Below are positions 16,680-24,153 of a stretch of 26,976 nt of DNA, in pieces (the stretch's first letter is position 1; every line of letters begins with the position of its first letter). The notes beneath the pieces are model-generated. The model made no database searches. It saw only the letters and a program-made list of their open reading frames with translations, and was not told the origin of the DNA. Where the stretch lies: the IMG/VR virus record IMGVR_UViG_3300027815_000018, positions 1 to 26,976 of that record. One strand, written 5' to 3'. The DNA comes from a virus. Taxonomy: Duplodnaviria > Caudoviricetes. Position numbers and translations under genes: made by a program.

Positions 16680-17543
16680 ATGGCAACAATCCTTAAAGCA
16701 AGTGTAACAAGTGACTTCGGCGTCAAAGGCGTGGAAACGGGAATACAGATCATTGAAGCGGTAAACCGTGGATACGCGGTAGCGCGCAATCTGCTTACTG
16801 AAGTAGCAGTCGAATTGAGCGGATTAGCGCAACAGTCTACTGACTTTCTAGCAGGCTATGCCCTTGCATATGTCAAAGCTGGCAAGTCAGAGGCAGGCGC
16901 AAGGGTGCGCAAGTCGGAAGCGCATATGATATTCCAAGCGGCGCATATCCTCATTACCAAAATGGATAAACCGCAAGCGCAGGCAAAACTGGAAGCAATA
17001 CAGGGAGACTTCCACAGCTACGTTGACCAGTGTCGGGATATCATCAAGCTAGAAAACGGCGAAAAGACCCGCTCTGGCAAGTCAACGGAACCTAAAAAGC
17101 TTCAAGCCGACGATCTGATTAAAATCGGCAAGCGGTTAACCAAATCAAGCGCGGGCACAGCGTTAGGCTTGATTGAAGCAGCGACTAAAGTCTATATCCA
17201 ATCCGCCGGAAATCCTGAAGGACTGGTAGAAAGGATGTCAGACTTCGCCGTAGAACTTGCTAAGGTAAGCGACAAGTATTACGCCAACCTTGGCAAGAAA
17301 ATCGCTGAAATGACACAAAAAGCACGGGAGCACGCTGCGACCGAAAAAGCACGTATGCTGTTGGAAGAGCAAAAGCGTGTAGATAAGGAAACAGCAAAAG
17401 CGAAAGCAGACGCGAAAAAACCCGCCGCAAAGCCAACGCCAGCAGTCGCGGCAAGTCCTGAAACAATCGCTGCACTCGAAGCGGAAGCGAACAAAAGCGA
17501 TGAACAGCTTGAGCAAGATATTGCCGCTCAAGAGCAATCGTAA
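16680..17543 (+). CDS. First early-arm protein, helical and Ala/Lys-rich with an acidic tail
   Basis: AAGGGA RBS before ATG 16680 (MATILKASV), 287 aa, no family recognised. Confidence 0.75.
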   Translation: MATILKASVTSDFGVKGVETGIQIIEAVNRGYAVARNLLTEVAVELSGLAQQSTDFLAGYALAYVKAGKSEAGARVRKSEAHMIFQAAHILITKMDKPQAQAKLEAIQGDFHSYVDQCRDIIKLENGEKTRSGKSTEPKKLQADDLIKIGKRLTKSSAGTALGLIEAATKVYIQSAGNPEGLVERMSDFAVELAKVSDKYYANLGKKIAEMTQKAREHAATEKARMLLEEQKRVDKETAKAKADAKKPAAKPTPAVAASPETIAALEAEANKSDEQLEQDIAAQEQS

Positions 17544-17710
17544 ACTCGAACAGCAATACCACTCCTAGCGAAAAGGGTGGCAAAAAATAGGCTAAGACCA
17601 AAACCACAAGCTAAATCCCGAAAAAGGGGAAAATAGCATTTCATCTAAATTCCCTTTAAAATCAAGGAACTAAGTGCCTTTGTGGTGGTCTAATCTACAG
17701 GTGAGTTTGT
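17540..17710 (+). ncRNA. Candidate structured intergenic RNA followed by a U-rich tract
   Basis: Closing AAACTC/GAGTTT, a long stem AGACC..ACCACAAG/TTTGTGGT GGTCT and three internal hairpins. Confidence 0.4.
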
Positions 17711-17729
17711 TTTGGTTTTTGGTGTTTTT

Positions 17730-17746
17730 GTTACAAGGGTTGTAAC
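17730..17746. repeat. Dispersed palindrome, copy 2
   Basis: GTTACAA-GGG-TTGTAAC, extended by TTT/AAA flanks, intergenic. Confidence 0.9.
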
Positions 17747-17747
17747 A

Positions 17748-17766
17748 AACAATGATAATGATTTTT
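17748..17766. promoter_or_regulatory. Fur-box-like site
   Basis: AACAATGATAATGATTTTT matches 14/19 positions of GATAATGATAATCATTATC. Confidence 0.35.
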
Positions 17767-17788
17767 AGGTTCGGGCCTAGCGCGAAAT

Positions 17789-17893
17789 ATGATTAATTCC
17801 CTCCTACGTGCAAATGACAAGCGTGACTTAGCCGCTATCGTTTTTGCGGTTTTTGTTTGTTTCCTGTTAGTTTTAGGGGGTTTTCTCGTATGA
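17789..17893 (+). CDS. 34-aa single-pass membrane peptide (below the ORF-track cutoff)
   Basis: MINSLLRANDKRDLAAIVFAVFVCFLLVLGGFLV*. Confidence 0.5.
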   Translation: MINSLLRANDKRDLAAIVFAVFVCFLLVLGGFLV

Positions 17894-17923
17894 CTTTCAA
17901 TCTATCATCAAAAGAGTAGGAAA

Positions 17924-18142
17924 ATGATGTGTGAATGTTACAAAAAATTGAGCACATTCTCTCATTTCTTGCTTGAGCACAAATGCACATGTGAGGGTGG
18001 GCCAGAACATTCATGTCTTTACCCACAAGAATGTTTTGAGTTCCATAATACTGATCTTTTACTCTTTCCAGTTTCATCAACAATACCAGCCTATTATATT
18101 TTGGGGCCGGATTTGAAATTGGTGTCTACAAATGACGTTTAA
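17924..18142 (+). CDS. Hypothetical Cys/His-rich protein
   Basis: 72 aa, AGGA RBS, overlaps the next gene by 11 nt. Confidence 0.45.
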   Translation: MMCECYKKLSTFSHFLLEHKCTCEGGPEHSCLYPQECFEFHNTDLLLFPVSSTIPAYYILGPDLKLVSTNDV

Positions 18143-18317
18143 ATGTGATCTGTGCGGGGATACTTCTAAACCCCGTGAAAAAGCCCATAAGGTTGTATCT
18201 TCTATTCGTGATCGGGTTTACGATGAGGGGGACAACTTATCCAGTGGGTTTGAGACCGTGAAAGAAGTGGTTTTGTGCGAAATCTGCAATAAAGAGGTTT
18301 CTGAGGAGATTTCTTAG
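18132..18317 (+). CDS. Small zinc-ribbon protein
   Basis: FKCDLC ... GFETVKEVVLCEIC, giving two CxxC pairs. Confidence 0.7.
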   Translation: MTFKCDLCGDTSKPREKAHKVVSSIRDRVYDEGDNLSSGFETVKEVVLCEICNKEVSEEIS

Positions 18318-18515
18318 CCAGACGTGGCTAGGGATATGGGGTAAGTTCCCGACAGTAATCCGTGAATCTGTGAATAAACTAGTTAGAGGATTGGGTCATA
18401 CCCGTTAGGGACTATCTGCCTGATCTATTACTTTTGCAAAAGACTCTAGCCGATAGGTTGAGGGTGTGGTCGGTTGATATCCACATCTTTTGCCCTTCGC
18501 ATGGGGTTTTAAGTT

Positions 18516-18532
18516 GTTACAAAGGGTGTAAC
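18516..18532. repeat. Dispersed palindrome, copy 3
   Basis: GTTACA-AAGGG-TGTAAC, ending 1 nt before ATG 18534. Confidence 0.85.
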
Positions 18533-18533
18533 A

Positions 18534-18617
18534 ATGTCAAGTAGTGTCGTTCTTGGTTGGTGCTTGTTTGGACTTGGTATTCTGTTGGTTTGGATTTTGA
18601 TTAAATTGTGGCCATAG
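18534..18617 (+). CDS. 27-aa single-pass membrane peptide (below the ORF-track cutoff)
   Basis: MSSSVVLGWCLFGLGILLVWILIKLWP*. An AGGGTG RBS-like element lies inside the palindrome. Confidence 0.55.
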   Translation: MSSSVVLGWCLFGLGILLVWILIKLWP

Positions 18618-18618
18618 G

Positions 18619-18720
18619 ATGAAAAGGAACTGGAAAAAAGAACAAGCAACGGCTCGTTTTTATTTGGCCAAAATTCGTAAGATTCTTGCAAAACCGTTTC
18701 AAAGGAGGTTGTTTCCATGA
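18619..18720 (+). CDS. 33-aa highly basic peptide
   Basis: MKRNWKKEQATARFYLAKIRKILAKPFQRRLFP*. Starts 1 nt after the previous stop and has an ATGA overlap with the next gene. Confidence 0.55.
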   Translation: MKRNWKKEQATARFYLAKIRKILAKPFQRRLFP

Positions 18721-18899
18721 TTCAAAAATGCGATAACTGTAAACCCCATGCCTATCAAGATCAGAAATACGGTTTGGGGATGCGTGTGCATACCACTGAC
18801 AAGCACGGTGTTAATCATTGCACGGTATGCCATCCCGGAAGGTTAATCCGAAAAGCGCGCAGTCACGCTATGAACCATATCCCGAAAGTTCACGGGTAA
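18717..18899 (+). CDS. Small putative zinc-binding protein
   Basis: AAGGAGG RBS. 'C..C..H.YQD..YG.GMRVH........CTVC'. Confidence 0.7.
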   Translation: MIQKCDNCKPHAYQDQKYGLGMRVHTTDKHGVNHCTVCHPGRLIRKARSHAMNHIPKVHG

Positions 18900-18902
18900 C
18901 CT

Positions 18903-19115
18903 ATGAGAACCCAAGAGCAGGTATCCCGTGTTTGTGCTACTTTGAATCTTTCCCGCCGTCAACGCTCTATCCTTGAGTGGAAACGAATGCAAATCTTCAC
19001 TCAACGGCAGTTAACAGAAGTTGCTCTTGATTTACAGAAGTTGTCCGAAGATCAGTGTGTCGAACTGCTAAATTACCGGCATCCAATCGACACAATCCAC
19101 AGTCTACATTTTTAA
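18903..19115 (+). CDS. Hypothetical protein
   Basis: 70 aa, packed in the operon. Confidence 0.55.
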   Translation: MRTQEQVSRVCATLNLSRRQRSILEWKRMQIFTQRQLTEVALDLQKLSEDQCVELLNYRHPIDTIHSLHF

Positions 19116-19128
19116 AGCGGAGGTTCAT

Positions 19129-19431
19129 ATGCAACTTTCTGAGGGTTGTTTACCGGGCACTTGCAGTATGTTTGAGTTAACAAACATCAATGGGAATTAC
19201 AAAGACAGAGTTAGATATGAAGGTGGTGATCTCACTGATCAAAAGGAACTCGATAACTTGCTTCAAAAAGCAAACATTACCAAGGGGGTTTGTGCCATCA
19301 TCGCCAATGTCACAGACAAACGCACGATAAAGATGCTGGAAGAGGCTGGTTTTACTCTTTGTGGGAAGTATTTTGGCAATTGCCAAATGAATGTCTTTAC
19401 GTATTTGTTTGTTATTCATCCCGCGCGATAA
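19129..19431 (+). CDS. Hypothetical protein, possible minimal GNAT-like fold
   Basis: GGAGG RBS. 'TIKMLEEAGFTLCG' resembles GNAT motif B. Confidence 0.6.
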   Translation: MQLSEGCLPGTCSMFELTNINGNYKDRVRYEGGDLTDQKELDNLLQKANITKGVCAIIANVTDKRTIKMLEEAGFTLCGKYFGNCQMNVFTYLFVIHPAR

Positions 19432-19438
19432 AATAAAA

Positions 19439-19455
19439 ATTACAAGGTTTGTAAC
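19439..19455. repeat. Dispersed palindrome, copy 4
   Basis: ATTACAA-GGT-TTGTAAC, 5 nt before ATG 19461. Confidence 0.85.
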
Positions 19456-19460
19456 AACCC

Positions 19461-19706
19461 ATGATAAACAACTGCACAAAATGTGAACAAAACATCAAAC
19501 ACACACACGCCAAATTCTCTATCGGGGATAAAGTAAGATGCTTTCGAGCAGAGACCCCCGATGTTTTCGGATTTAATTTCACAGGGCATGTTAAACATCA
19601 AGCGGATACAGGAGAGGGGTGGGAATATGGGGTATCCAATGCCCCCTTGCTGTTTCTGGGCTTTCCTATGCTGATTTGGGAATTTGAGATGGAGCTTGCC
19701 AAATGA
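19461..19706 (+). CDS. Small protein with an SH3-like (YorP-type) pattern
   Basis: 'KFSIGDKVR ... F.G.V ... WEYGV ... IWEFEMEL'. ATGA overlap with the next gene. Confidence 0.6.
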   Translation: MINNCTKCEQNIKHTHAKFSIGDKVRCFRAETPDVFGFNFTGHVKHQADTGEGWEYGVSNAPLLFLGFPMLIWEFEMELAK

Positions 19707-20119
19707 AACTGCTAATCCTGATTCGTGGTCTTCCGGGCAGTGGTAAGAGCACACTGGCCAACCTCCTGATTGATGGGTTATTTCGTTCCTTTGGGGACAC
19801 AACAGGCAGTTTCGTGAGGCATTTTTAGGCCGACCAATGGTTCTCCCGGAATGGGGACTACAGGTTTGTTAGTGCTGATCTGCATTTTGCTCACGACTGG
19901 TGTCAGGATCGTGCTGAACAAGCCATGTTACAAGGTTGTAACACGGTAATTGTATCCAACACGTTCTGCAAACATTGGGAAATGGCTTGCTATATCTCAA
20001 TGGCCAAGCAATACGGGTATAAAGTCCAAGAAATCATCTGCAAATCGGAGGATTTCATAAGTGTTCACAATATCCCAGCGGAAACACTTCGACGAATGGC
20101 AAAAAACTTTGAGTTTTAG
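19703..20119 (+). pseudogene. P-loop AAA_33/kinase-like protein interrupted by one in-frame TAG
   Basis: MKLLILIRGLPGSGKSTLA...RHF*ADQWF...AHDWCQ...VIVSNTF...WEM...SVHNIP. TAG at 19826-19828. In frame with track ORF 19925..20119. Confidence 0.85.
19927..19942. repeat. Dispersed palindrome, copy 5 (2-nt spacer, inside CDS)
   Basis: GTTACAA-GG-TTGTAAC. Confidence 0.8.
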
Positions 20120-20141
20120 GCATACAAAGGGAAACCCAGCT

Positions 20142-20831
20142 ATGGCAATGATTGTAAAGAACAAGAATCTTGTTGTTGTCGATTTCGGATTCGGGTGCGG
20201 CCAAGTCTTTGGTGATCAGTTTGCAAAGGTCAGTTCCTACAAACACGCTGCCCAGATTGATTCCCAAAGCGTTGTTGTATTTGAGGGTGGAAATGATATT
20301 TCTCCTGAACTTTATGGGGAACCCAAAGGCAGTTGGACACAACCATTGAACACACGACGGGATGATCTTGAATCTTCAGTCTTTGCAATGGCAAGGTATC
20401 GGGGGGCTGCTTTTATTGGTATTTGCCGTGGTGCTCAGTTGCTTACAGCTTTGAATGGGGGGAAGCTATTTCAGGATGTGACAGGGCATTACGGAACCCA
20501 TCACATCAAAACTGACACGGGGAAAGTAATGTTTGCTACATCCGTTCATCATCAAATGATGAATCCTTTCGTTTTACCCGAGTCCGATTTCAAGCTCGTA
20601 GCTTGGGCAAAAGGGCCTCCTGATTCATTAGATGGTGATGCTCTATCTTACGAGTATCTGGATGGGGAGGACAATCAAGCTCCTCCCCCGCCGAAAGAAC
20701 CAGAAGTTGTTTGGTATCCAAAAACTAAATCTTTGTGCATCCAAGGTCATCCTGAATTTGCAGCAAAAAACAGCCCGTTTTATCAATACTGCAAAGCACT
20801 AGTAAATCGGTTTATTCTTAAACAGGAGTAA
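20142..20831 (+). CDS. Peptidase C26 / class I glutamine amidotransferase (gamma-glutamyl hydrolase-like)
   Basis: 'FEGG.DISPELYGE', 'RD..E', nucleophile elbow GICRGAQLL, 'SVHHQMM' and catalytic QGHPE. AAGGGA RBS before ATG 20142. Confidence 0.9.
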   Translation: MAMIVKNKNLVVVDFGFGCGQVFGDQFAKVSSYKHAAQIDSQSVVVFEGGNDISPELYGEPKGSWTQPLNTRRDDLESSVFAMARYRGAAFIGICRGAQLLTALNGGKLFQDVTGHYGTHHIKTDTGKVMFATSVHHQMMNPFVLPESDFKLVAWAKGPPDSLDGDALSYEYLDGEDNQAPPPPKEPEVVWYPKTKSLCIQGHPEFAAKNSPFYQYCKALVNRFILKQE

Positions 20832-20837
20832 CACAAA

Positions 20838-21248
20838 ATGGCAGATCATGCGAGAATTCAAATCAGAGACTCTAGCATTTCGTGCGGGGTGCTGGAAATT
20901 TACGGATTTCTGTCGGACGCGAAAGACGAAGATATCGCTTTCCAACTGGCTTCTCATTTGTTTCACCCGTCCAAGGGTGTTCCTGCGGCTTTTGTCATCT
21001 GGTCTGACACGTGGCAGAGTGTCGGTCACAAGTTCGCTTGCTTCCTTGAGAATGAATTCTACGAAGAATTGATGGAATCTGAACCGACGGAGAATCCACG
21101 AACCGGAAACACCATCTTTGTGTGGGTTTGGACAATACCCCACGAGAAGTTCAAACAGTGGTATCAAAAACAAAGAATCGAGAAGTTCAAACAGTGGTAT
21201 CAAAAACAAAGAATTGCTCGTATCCGCAAACAACAGAAAGGCGGTTAG
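20838..21248 (+). CDS. Hypothetical protein with an internal 12-aa duplication
   Basis: AGGAG RBS. Contains 'SCGVLEI', 'NPRTGN.I.VW' and EKFKQWYQKQRI twice. Confidence 0.7.
   Translation: MADHARIQIRDSSISCGVLEIYGFLSDAKDEDIAFQLASHLFHPSKGVPAAFVIWSDTWQSVGHKFACFLENEFYEELMESEPTENPRTGNTIFVWVWTIPHEKFKQWYQKQRIEKFKQWYQKQRIARIRKQQKGG
21143..21214 (+). repeat. Perfect 36-bp tandem duplication
   Basis: CGAGAAGTTCAAACAGTGGTATCAAAAACAAAGAAT at 21143-21178 and 21179-21214. Confidence 0.95.
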
Positions 21249-21251
21249 CCA

Positions 21252-22166
21252 ATGGCACAAGCACCACGTTACAAGCTTGTAATGGTAGGAACTGACACGG
21301 AAGTATTTCTCCGAGACGCCTCCACAAAAGACCAAGTGCCTGTGATTGGTCTGATTGGGGGCACCAAGTACAATCCAAAACCCGTGCCTGAACTTGGTAG
21401 GGGATTCTTTGTGCAAGAGGACAACGTGATGTTGGAATATAATGTGCCTCCTGCGAAAACCAAAGATGTGTTTGTTTCCAATGTAATGGCTATGAATAAC
21501 TATCTTACTACGTTTCTTGCCGGGAAAAACTTGGAAGTGGATATTTGTAGTTCTATGCAATTCACCAAGAATCAACTTTCCCATCCGCAAGCACAAAACA
21601 TCGGCTGTGAGCCAGATTGGGATGTTTGGAGTAGGCTTGTTAACATCTCCCCAAAAGAACACCCCCTAATGAACAAAATCAGAACGTCTGGTGGGCATCT
21701 TCATGTTTCTTTCGCAGTCGATGGCAAACCTTGCACCAACTCCGATCTTGATGATGTTTTTTTGAAAGAGCCTTTGGTTAAAGCACTAGACTTGACACTC
21801 GGAATCCCAGCTTTAACTCACGATTTGGATTTCAGGAGAAGACAGCTTTATGGGAAACCGGGGGCATTTCGGAACAAAGACTACGGGATCGAATACCGCA
21901 CGCTCTCCAATTTCTGGACGAAATCTCCTGACATGATTGAGTGGGCCTTCACAGGGATAACACAGGCCATCTTCTTGTGCAACAAGTATCCAGGACTTCT
22001 TTCAGAAAACTACAGCCACATCTGTGATTGTTTTCGCTACTCTCAACAAAATGATCAGAAGAGATCGCAAGAATTCATGCAGTATCTCCTTACGTTGTTC
22101 GGACTTAGAGACCGAGCAAATGGGATTCCAGCCTATTCCGGCGTAAAACAGAATGTGATTTGGTAG
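21252..22166 (+). CDS. phiEco32-like COOH-NH2 ligase type 2
   Basis: 'VGTDTEVFL', 'GGTK..P', 'VQEDNV.LEYN', 'GCEPD', 'RTSGGHLHV', 'RRQLYGKPGAFR.K.YGIEYRTLSNFW'. Confidence 0.9.
   Translation: MAQAPRYKLVMVGTDTEVFLRDASTKDQVPVIGLIGGTKYNPKPVPELGRGFFVQEDNVMLEYNVPPAKTKDVFVSNVMAMNNYLTTFLAGKNLEVDICSSMQFTKNQLSHPQAQNIGCEPDWDVWSRLVNISPKEHPLMNKIRTSGGHLHVSFAVDGKPCTNSDLDDVFLKEPLVKALDLTLGIPALTHDLDFRRRQLYGKPGAFRNKDYGIEYRTLSNFWTKSPDMIEWAFTGITQAIFLCNKYPGLLSENYSHICDCFRYSQQNDQKRSQEFMQYLLTLFGLRDRANGIPAYSGVKQNVIW
21268..21283. repeat. Dispersed palindrome, copy 6 (2-nt spacer, inside CDS)
   Basis: GTTACAA-GC-TTGTAAT. Confidence 0.75.
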
Positions 22167-22179
22167 GCAGTAGCTCGAA

Positions 22180-22869
22180 ATGAATATTAATGAGCTTTTC
22201 CCAGATGCTTCCCCAGACGATTGGCGAATGTATTTGGAGCATACTCTGGTTATTACAAACCTTGTAACACCTATCCCAACCTTTGTGTATGAACTCAACC
22301 AAAAAACAGGTTTGGTTATTCTTCATGATTGGGGAAATAAGAAAACCCACACTATCCCCGTATCCGAGTGGGATGTTTCTTTGTGGCAACCAGATACTGG
22401 GATGTATTCTTTCCGACGAACAACGTTGGAGCTTCTTCGGAATTCCATGAGGCAAAACAAAAAGGGAGTTTGTCCACATACTTTTTTTACACGGAACTTG
22501 TTTAACCCTATTTTGAAGGGTGTTGGGAGGCTCGTTGAGTTCAATCAGTATCCTCCATTTATCAGGAAAGGCTTCATTATTGACGATGGGTGCCGTGGGT
22601 TGTTGGATACAATCCAAACAAGCCAACGATTCTTCAAATTGCTGGACGCAGCCCAAAAGATACTAAAACGCAAGGTGTTTGCCAGAGCGTTATCCCATAA
22701 TTTTGCTTTAACCTCAAGCATATCCCCAAAGTATATCTGCACACTTTGGCATGGGGATTTAGATGTGGCAGGGGTTACAGATAATCTGAGCATCCAAGTA
22801 ACTCGTCACCCATTCTTTCAAGAAGTATTTGATCAATTTCATACAGAGACCGAGGTCACCGCAACGTGA
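22180..22869 (+). CDS. Hypothetical protein within the ligase cluster
   Basis: 229 aa with 'P.TG', 'R...RQ.KKG' and 'ALS..FA' segments. GTGA overlap with the amidoligase gene. Confidence 0.7.
   Translation: MNINELFPDASPDDWRMYLEHTLVITNLVTPIPTFVYELNQKTGLVILHDWGNKKTHTIPVSEWDVSLWQPDTGMYSFRRTTLELLRNSMRQNKKGVCPHTFFTRNLFNPILKGVGRLVEFNQYPPFIRKGFIIDDGCRGLLDTIQTSQRFFKLLDAAQKILKRKVFARALSHNFALTSSISPKYICTLWHGDLDVAGVTDNLSIQVTRHPFFQEVFDQFHTETEVTAT
22252..22268. repeat. Dispersed palindrome, copy 7 (inside CDS)
   Basis: ATTACAA-ACC-TTGTAAC. Confidence 0.85.
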
Positions 22870-24104
22870 GCAAAACGATTGGCCAAATATACGGCCTGAA
22901 TAACAACGTGGAAGAGCGGATTCCGCAAATAGTTTCCCTATTTCATTCAGCAGATTTAATAGCTGCAATCTCTGGCTATTGGGCTTACAGAGGAAAGAGT
23001 TCCTTGTTTGAGAAATCGCTTGCCCAAATACCAATCCCTCCGAGTGCCCTTCAATTTCCACCTCTTTTCGGTGTTGAGGTGGAAACAGAAAACGTGAGAG
23101 TAAAACGCAGTGACGATAGTTGTCCGGCGGGGTGGACGGCTAAAGGTGATGGTAGTCTTAGGCACGGAGCTGAGTATATAAGTTACGTTTCGACACCCGA
23201 GGAAATAAGGAGTTTGGTTGCGGGCTTATATTTGTTTTTTATTGAGCAGCTAAAGCAACGACCTGATTTTTCTTGGCGCACAAGTATCCACGTGCATGTA
23301 AATATTCGAAATTTTACCTCCGAGAATGTCGCAAACTTGCAGCTTCTGTATAGTATATTTGAGTTTCTTCTGTTCAAATTCGTTGGGGGTGAGCGAGACA
23401 AAAGTATTTTCTGTGTCCCTATTACGGAATCTGAACAATATACACGGATTCGTTCTTTGTGTGTTTCCCATACACTTGATCCAGATTCACAAATCAAAAG
23501 TATTATCGCTCAATGGGAAAAATACTCAGCACTAAATTTTTCTCGAATCAGTGATCTTGGGACAGTAGAATTTAGACATATGAGCGGCACTTGGGACACA
23601 ACAAAAATAGGGAATTGGTTGAATTTGATTGGGGCACTGCAAGATGCTGCTCTCAGATTGGAACAACGATGGATTGTTGACCAAATCAACGGATTAAACA
23701 GCCTTTCAAACTATGGGGAGTTTCAAAATCGTGTATTTGGAGTGGAGCTAAGCAAACTGTTGGGTGAACCTGATACAACGGCTCACTTTCTGTCGGCGGG
23801 GGTGAGTTGGGCAAAGAAATGTCTTGCCCTTCCGCCAGAAAACAAAATTGATGTTGGTTCTCCGGCCAACCAGTGGATAACGGATATTGTGGAGAAGATT
23901 AAAGCAACACCAAAGCAAGAAAAACCACCACGAAAATCCCCATCAGAAGTTTTTGTTGGTCTCATTCCTCCAGAGGTCGTGGGCTCGCTGAACATCGCAG
24001 CCCAGTGGCAGAACACAATACCAAATACATCTACGCCAATATTTGCGACAACCCTATCTAATAATCTAAATCATTTTAATATTATTGAAGACGGGCCAGT
24101 GTAA
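22866..24104 (+). CDS. Putative amidoligase (Amidoligase_2 type, glutamine synthetase-like fold)
   Basis: 'FGVEVE.E', 'DGSLR.GAEY', 'RTSIHVHVN', 'R..S.FC', 'KYSALN', 'GTVEFRH'. Confidence 0.9.
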   Translation: MSKTIGQIYGLNNNVEERIPQIVSLFHSADLIAAISGYWAYRGKSSLFEKSLAQIPIPPSALQFPPLFGVEVETENVRVKRSDDSCPAGWTAKGDGSLRHGAEYISYVSTPEEIRSLVAGLYLFFIEQLKQRPDFSWRTSIHVHVNIRNFTSENVANLQLLYSIFEFLLFKFVGGERDKSIFCVPITESEQYTRIRSLCVSHTLDPDSQIKSIIAQWEKYSALNFSRISDLGTVEFRHMSGTWDTTKIGNWLNLIGALQDAALRLEQRWIVDQINGLNSLSNYGEFQNRVFGVELSKLLGEPDTTAHFLSAGVSWAKKCLALPPENKIDVGSPANQWITDIVEKIKATPKQEKPPRKSPSEVFVGLIPPEVVGSLNIAAQWQNTIPNTSTPIFATTLSNNLNHFNIIEDGPV

Positions 24105-24153
24105 GACATGGACGAGAATTAAACGTTTAGCTTTAACTTAAAGGAGATATATC

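Noticed and set aside
17937-17953. Extra palindrome half-sites (GTTACAA at 17937, TGTAAC at 16408)
   Set aside because: Only one arm matches, so they were not counted as copies.
20799-21662. 287-aa minus-strand ORF and other long antisense ORFs (8473..8991, 22105..22656)
   Set aside because: They lie opposite well-supported genes and show no recognisable motifs.
773-22166. Genome-wide TAG recoding, suggested by the amber at 19826 and by in-frame TAG junctions (788/775, terL/portal, 21248/21252)
   Set aside because: TAG ends genes at natural C-termini (terL ...TGY, AAA ...NFEF, 4011, 22166). The long genes have no internal TAG, the expected residue at 19826 is Glu, no suppressor tRNA is seen, and about one third of junctions are in frame by chance.
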